Source of the DNA: a virus | Taxonomy: Duplodnaviria; Caudoviricetes | Direction: 5' to 3' (one strand) | IMG/VR virus record: IMGVR_UViG_3300037790_000089 | Span: 1 to 39,498 of that record | Length of the DNA stretch: 39,498 bases | Position numbers and translations under genes: made by a program | Shown: one piece after another, positions 35,900 to 39,498 of the stretch | Numbering within the stretch: the stretch's first letter is position 1 | How the letters are laid out: every line of letters starts with the position of its first letter | Notes under the pieces: generated by a model | Seen by the model: only the letters and a program-made list of their open reading frames with translations | Database searches by the model: none | What the model was told of the DNA's origin: nothing

Positions 35900-36369
35900 A
35901 CAGAGAAACAGCCTATCAGTTCGCTCGCCGTCACCATGCCGGACAGACCGACAAGGCGGGCGCGCCCTATATTGAACACTGCATCGCGGTCGCCAGCTTC
36001 GCCGCCGGCATCGCCGCTTTCGAAGGCTGCTCGCCATCCCTGATCGGATACGCCTACACGGCGGGCCTGCTCCACGACGTGGTCGAAGACACGGCGGCGA
36101 CCCTGGAAGACGTCGAACGCGCCCTCGGTGACGAGATCGCCTGGATGGTCGGGATCCTGACCAAATCGCCCGACTGCTCCCGCAGCCAGTATCTGGCACG
36201 CTGCGCCGCCACCCCGGTGACCCGCATCGTGAAGATGGCGGACGCCTATCACAACGCGGACGTGACGCGATTCAGCGCCCCGACCCGGGAACAGCGCCAG
36301 CGCTGCCAGCGGTATTTCGGCGACTATGTCGCCCTGCGCGACAACGCCTTTACGGGAGAGCGCGCATGA
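35896..36369 (+). CDS. HD-domain hydrolase (RelA/SpoT hydrolase / Mesh1-like)
   Basis: HAGQTDKAGAPYIEH, LLHDVVEDT and VKMADAYHN motifs. Confidence 0.85.
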   Translation: MNRETAYQFARRHHAGQTDKAGAPYIEHCIAVASFAAGIAAFEGCSPSLIGYAYTAGLLHDVVEDTAATLEDVERALGDEIAWMVGILTKSPDCSRSQYLARCAATPVTRIVKMADAYHNADVTRFSAPTREQRQRCQRYFGDYVALRDNAFTGERA

Positions 36370-36581
36370 TCGAAAGCACTTACACCCCCACGCCCGTCCC
36401 TATCCGGCTGATCTGCCCTGAGTGCGGCGAGCTTCACATCGACAAGGGCAAGTGGGCCACGAAGCCCCATCACACCCACGCCTGTCAGCACTGCGGCAAT
36501 GTCTGGCGACCAGCTGTCGTGGCGACCGTAGGCGTTCGCTTCCTGCCCGGTTTCAAGAATGAGGATTCAGCAGATGACTGA
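36366..36581 (+). CDS. Small Zn-finger protein
   Basis: CPECGELHID...HHTHACQHCG; ATGA coupling. Confidence 0.7.
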   Translation: MIESTYTPTPVPIRLICPECGELHIDKGKWATKPHHTHACQHCGNVWRPAVVATVGVRFLPGFKNEDSADD

Positions 36582-36882
36582 TGCCCCGAAAGACCGTTTC
36601 ACCCTCATTTTCGATGGCGACATCATCGACTTCGAGGGCAACCCCTTCCACGCCGATACCCCGTTCGGGCGTCCGCAGGTCGTATCGGTTGGCGATCTGG
36701 CGCAGGAACGCGACAAGTTTGAAGAGGCGCTGCACGCTCAAAAGGCGCTGTACGCAGAACTTCTCAGCGCGGCGGCGGACCTCCTGCGAACAGACGGGAA
36801 AGAGGGGTCCGACTATTATGATGCGACCGAGGCGATCGATGCACGCGACCGTCTGCAGAACGCGGTGATGTCCCTGCCATGA
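36574..36882 (+). CDS. Hypothetical protein
   Basis: GAGGA RBS; overlaps neighbours. Confidence 0.6.
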   Translation: MTDAPKDRFTLIFDGDIIDFEGNPFHADTPFGRPQVVSVGDLAQERDKFEEALHAQKALYAELLSAAADLLRTDGKEGSDYYDATEAIDARDRLQNAVMSLP

Positions 36883-37451
36883 CCCGCTGGACCCGCAAAC
36901 ACTTCATCCGCCCCGATGACCTCGCCATCACCGAGGCGCACGCAATGGCCGATCACGGCCTCGGCGCGGTCAGCTTTGACGGCCCCGATGACGCGCCCGT
37001 CTGGACGCCCGCCCCGCCCATCGAGGGCCAGGGCCATCGCCCGGTGCGTCTCAAACTCTGTCGCACCAGGGGCTGGAACCTGCAGGCGGCGAGCACCGCG
37101 CTTAACGGTCGCGCGGCGCGCGCCGTCACCCGCCCCGGCCCGTTCGGCAATGTGTACTCACATCCCGCAAGCGCCTTTGGGTTTGAAGCCCCCTTCTATG
37201 GAGCAAAGATCACGCGATGGGCCAATGGAGATCCGCAGCGAGAGCGTCACGCCTTGCTGGTCGAGGCCTTTGCAATCTGGATTCTGGACTCTTATGAGGG
37301 CGAGAAGCAGAGCGATCGCGTCCGCGCCGAACTGATCGGCTTGAACCTCGCCTGTTTCTGCCCCTCGCACCTGCCTTGTCATGCGGACGTGTTGCTCGCC
37401 ATCGCCAATGGCCGCGCCATCCGCACGGCCCTGCCCTGGCGGACGGCCTGA
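36879..37451 (+). CDS. DUF4326 family protein
   Basis: VTRPGPFGN and LIGLNLACFC...PCHADVLLAIAN motifs. Confidence 0.8.
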   Translation: MTRWTRKHFIRPDDLAITEAHAMADHGLGAVSFDGPDDAPVWTPAPPIEGQGHRPVRLKLCRTRGWNLQAASTALNGRAARAVTRPGPFGNVYSHPASAFGFEAPFYGAKITRWANGDPQRERHALLVEAFAIWILDSYEGEKQSDRVRAELIGLNLACFCPSHLPCHADVLLAIANGRAIRTALPWRTA

Positions 37452-37453
37452 TC

Positions 37454-37651
37454 ATGAGCCGCGCCCCGACCACCCCTGCCAGCCGCCGCCGCACGACCGT
37501 GCGGGCGTCGGCGCGTGCGCGGGAGACGGGCGCCCTGCTCAACCCACCCTTGTCAGAGGCCGAGAAGCGGATGATCATCGCCTTGTTCGAGGACATGGCC
37601 GAGGCCGATCACCACGCCAGTCAGCGCCCTCGCGCAGCAGGACAGAGTTAG
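37454..37651 (+). CDS. Small hypothetical protein upstream of the recombinase
   Basis: 65 aa, basic N-terminus plus amphipathic helix. Confidence 0.45.
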   Translation: MSRAPTTPASRRRTTVRASARARETGALLNPPLSEAEKRMIIALFEDMAEADHHASQRPRAAGQS

Positions 37652-37698
37652 GGGCACAGCATGAGAGACGGGATCCGCATGCGGATGCGAGGCGCATC

Positions 37699-39381
<1,683 letters not shown>

Positions 39382-39498
39382 TCAGGGCTGCAACACCATT
39401 GTTAAACAACAATCTGGCTGCAGAAGCAAACGTCGCGCTGTGTCTGACGACGTCAGTCTCGGTGACGAAATAAACGGAGCATGCATCGTGTCTAGCGG

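Overview
GC-rich alphaproteobacterial DNA (probably Caulobacterales/Hyphomonadales-like; inferred) that is almost entirely the right-hand ~39.3 kb of a lambda-like siphoviral prophage, apparently integrated at the 3' end of an initiator tRNA-Met (39305-39381, minus strand). The minus-strand late operon runs from a ParB-like gene through terminase, gpW, portal, S49 protease/scaffold, decoration protein, capsid, neck, tail tube, chaperones and tape measure to a tail-tip gene that leaves the window. The minus-strand early operon encodes Cro, CII, DUF4031, DUF5131, CtrA-like and GcrA-like proteins, a nuclease, an SNF2 helicase, an iteron-containing replication initiator and a Q-like regulator. A CI immunity region with 16-bp operators precedes a plus-strand accessory operon (LexA-like HTH, C5 methyltransferase, HD hydrolase, DUF4326) that ends in a large serine recombinase. 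The strongest unexplained signal is a family of REPIN-like multi-hairpin repeats with compensatory changes in six gaps of the head-neck-tail region, some overlapping RBSs or a stop codon. Also notable: an integrase 3' end that is also tRNA and tRNA terminator, a -1 frameshift with a stimulatory hairpin, three host-regulator-like DNA-binding domains, and an antisense Zn-ribbon moron. All family assignments come from recognised motifs and synteny; no database searches were run.
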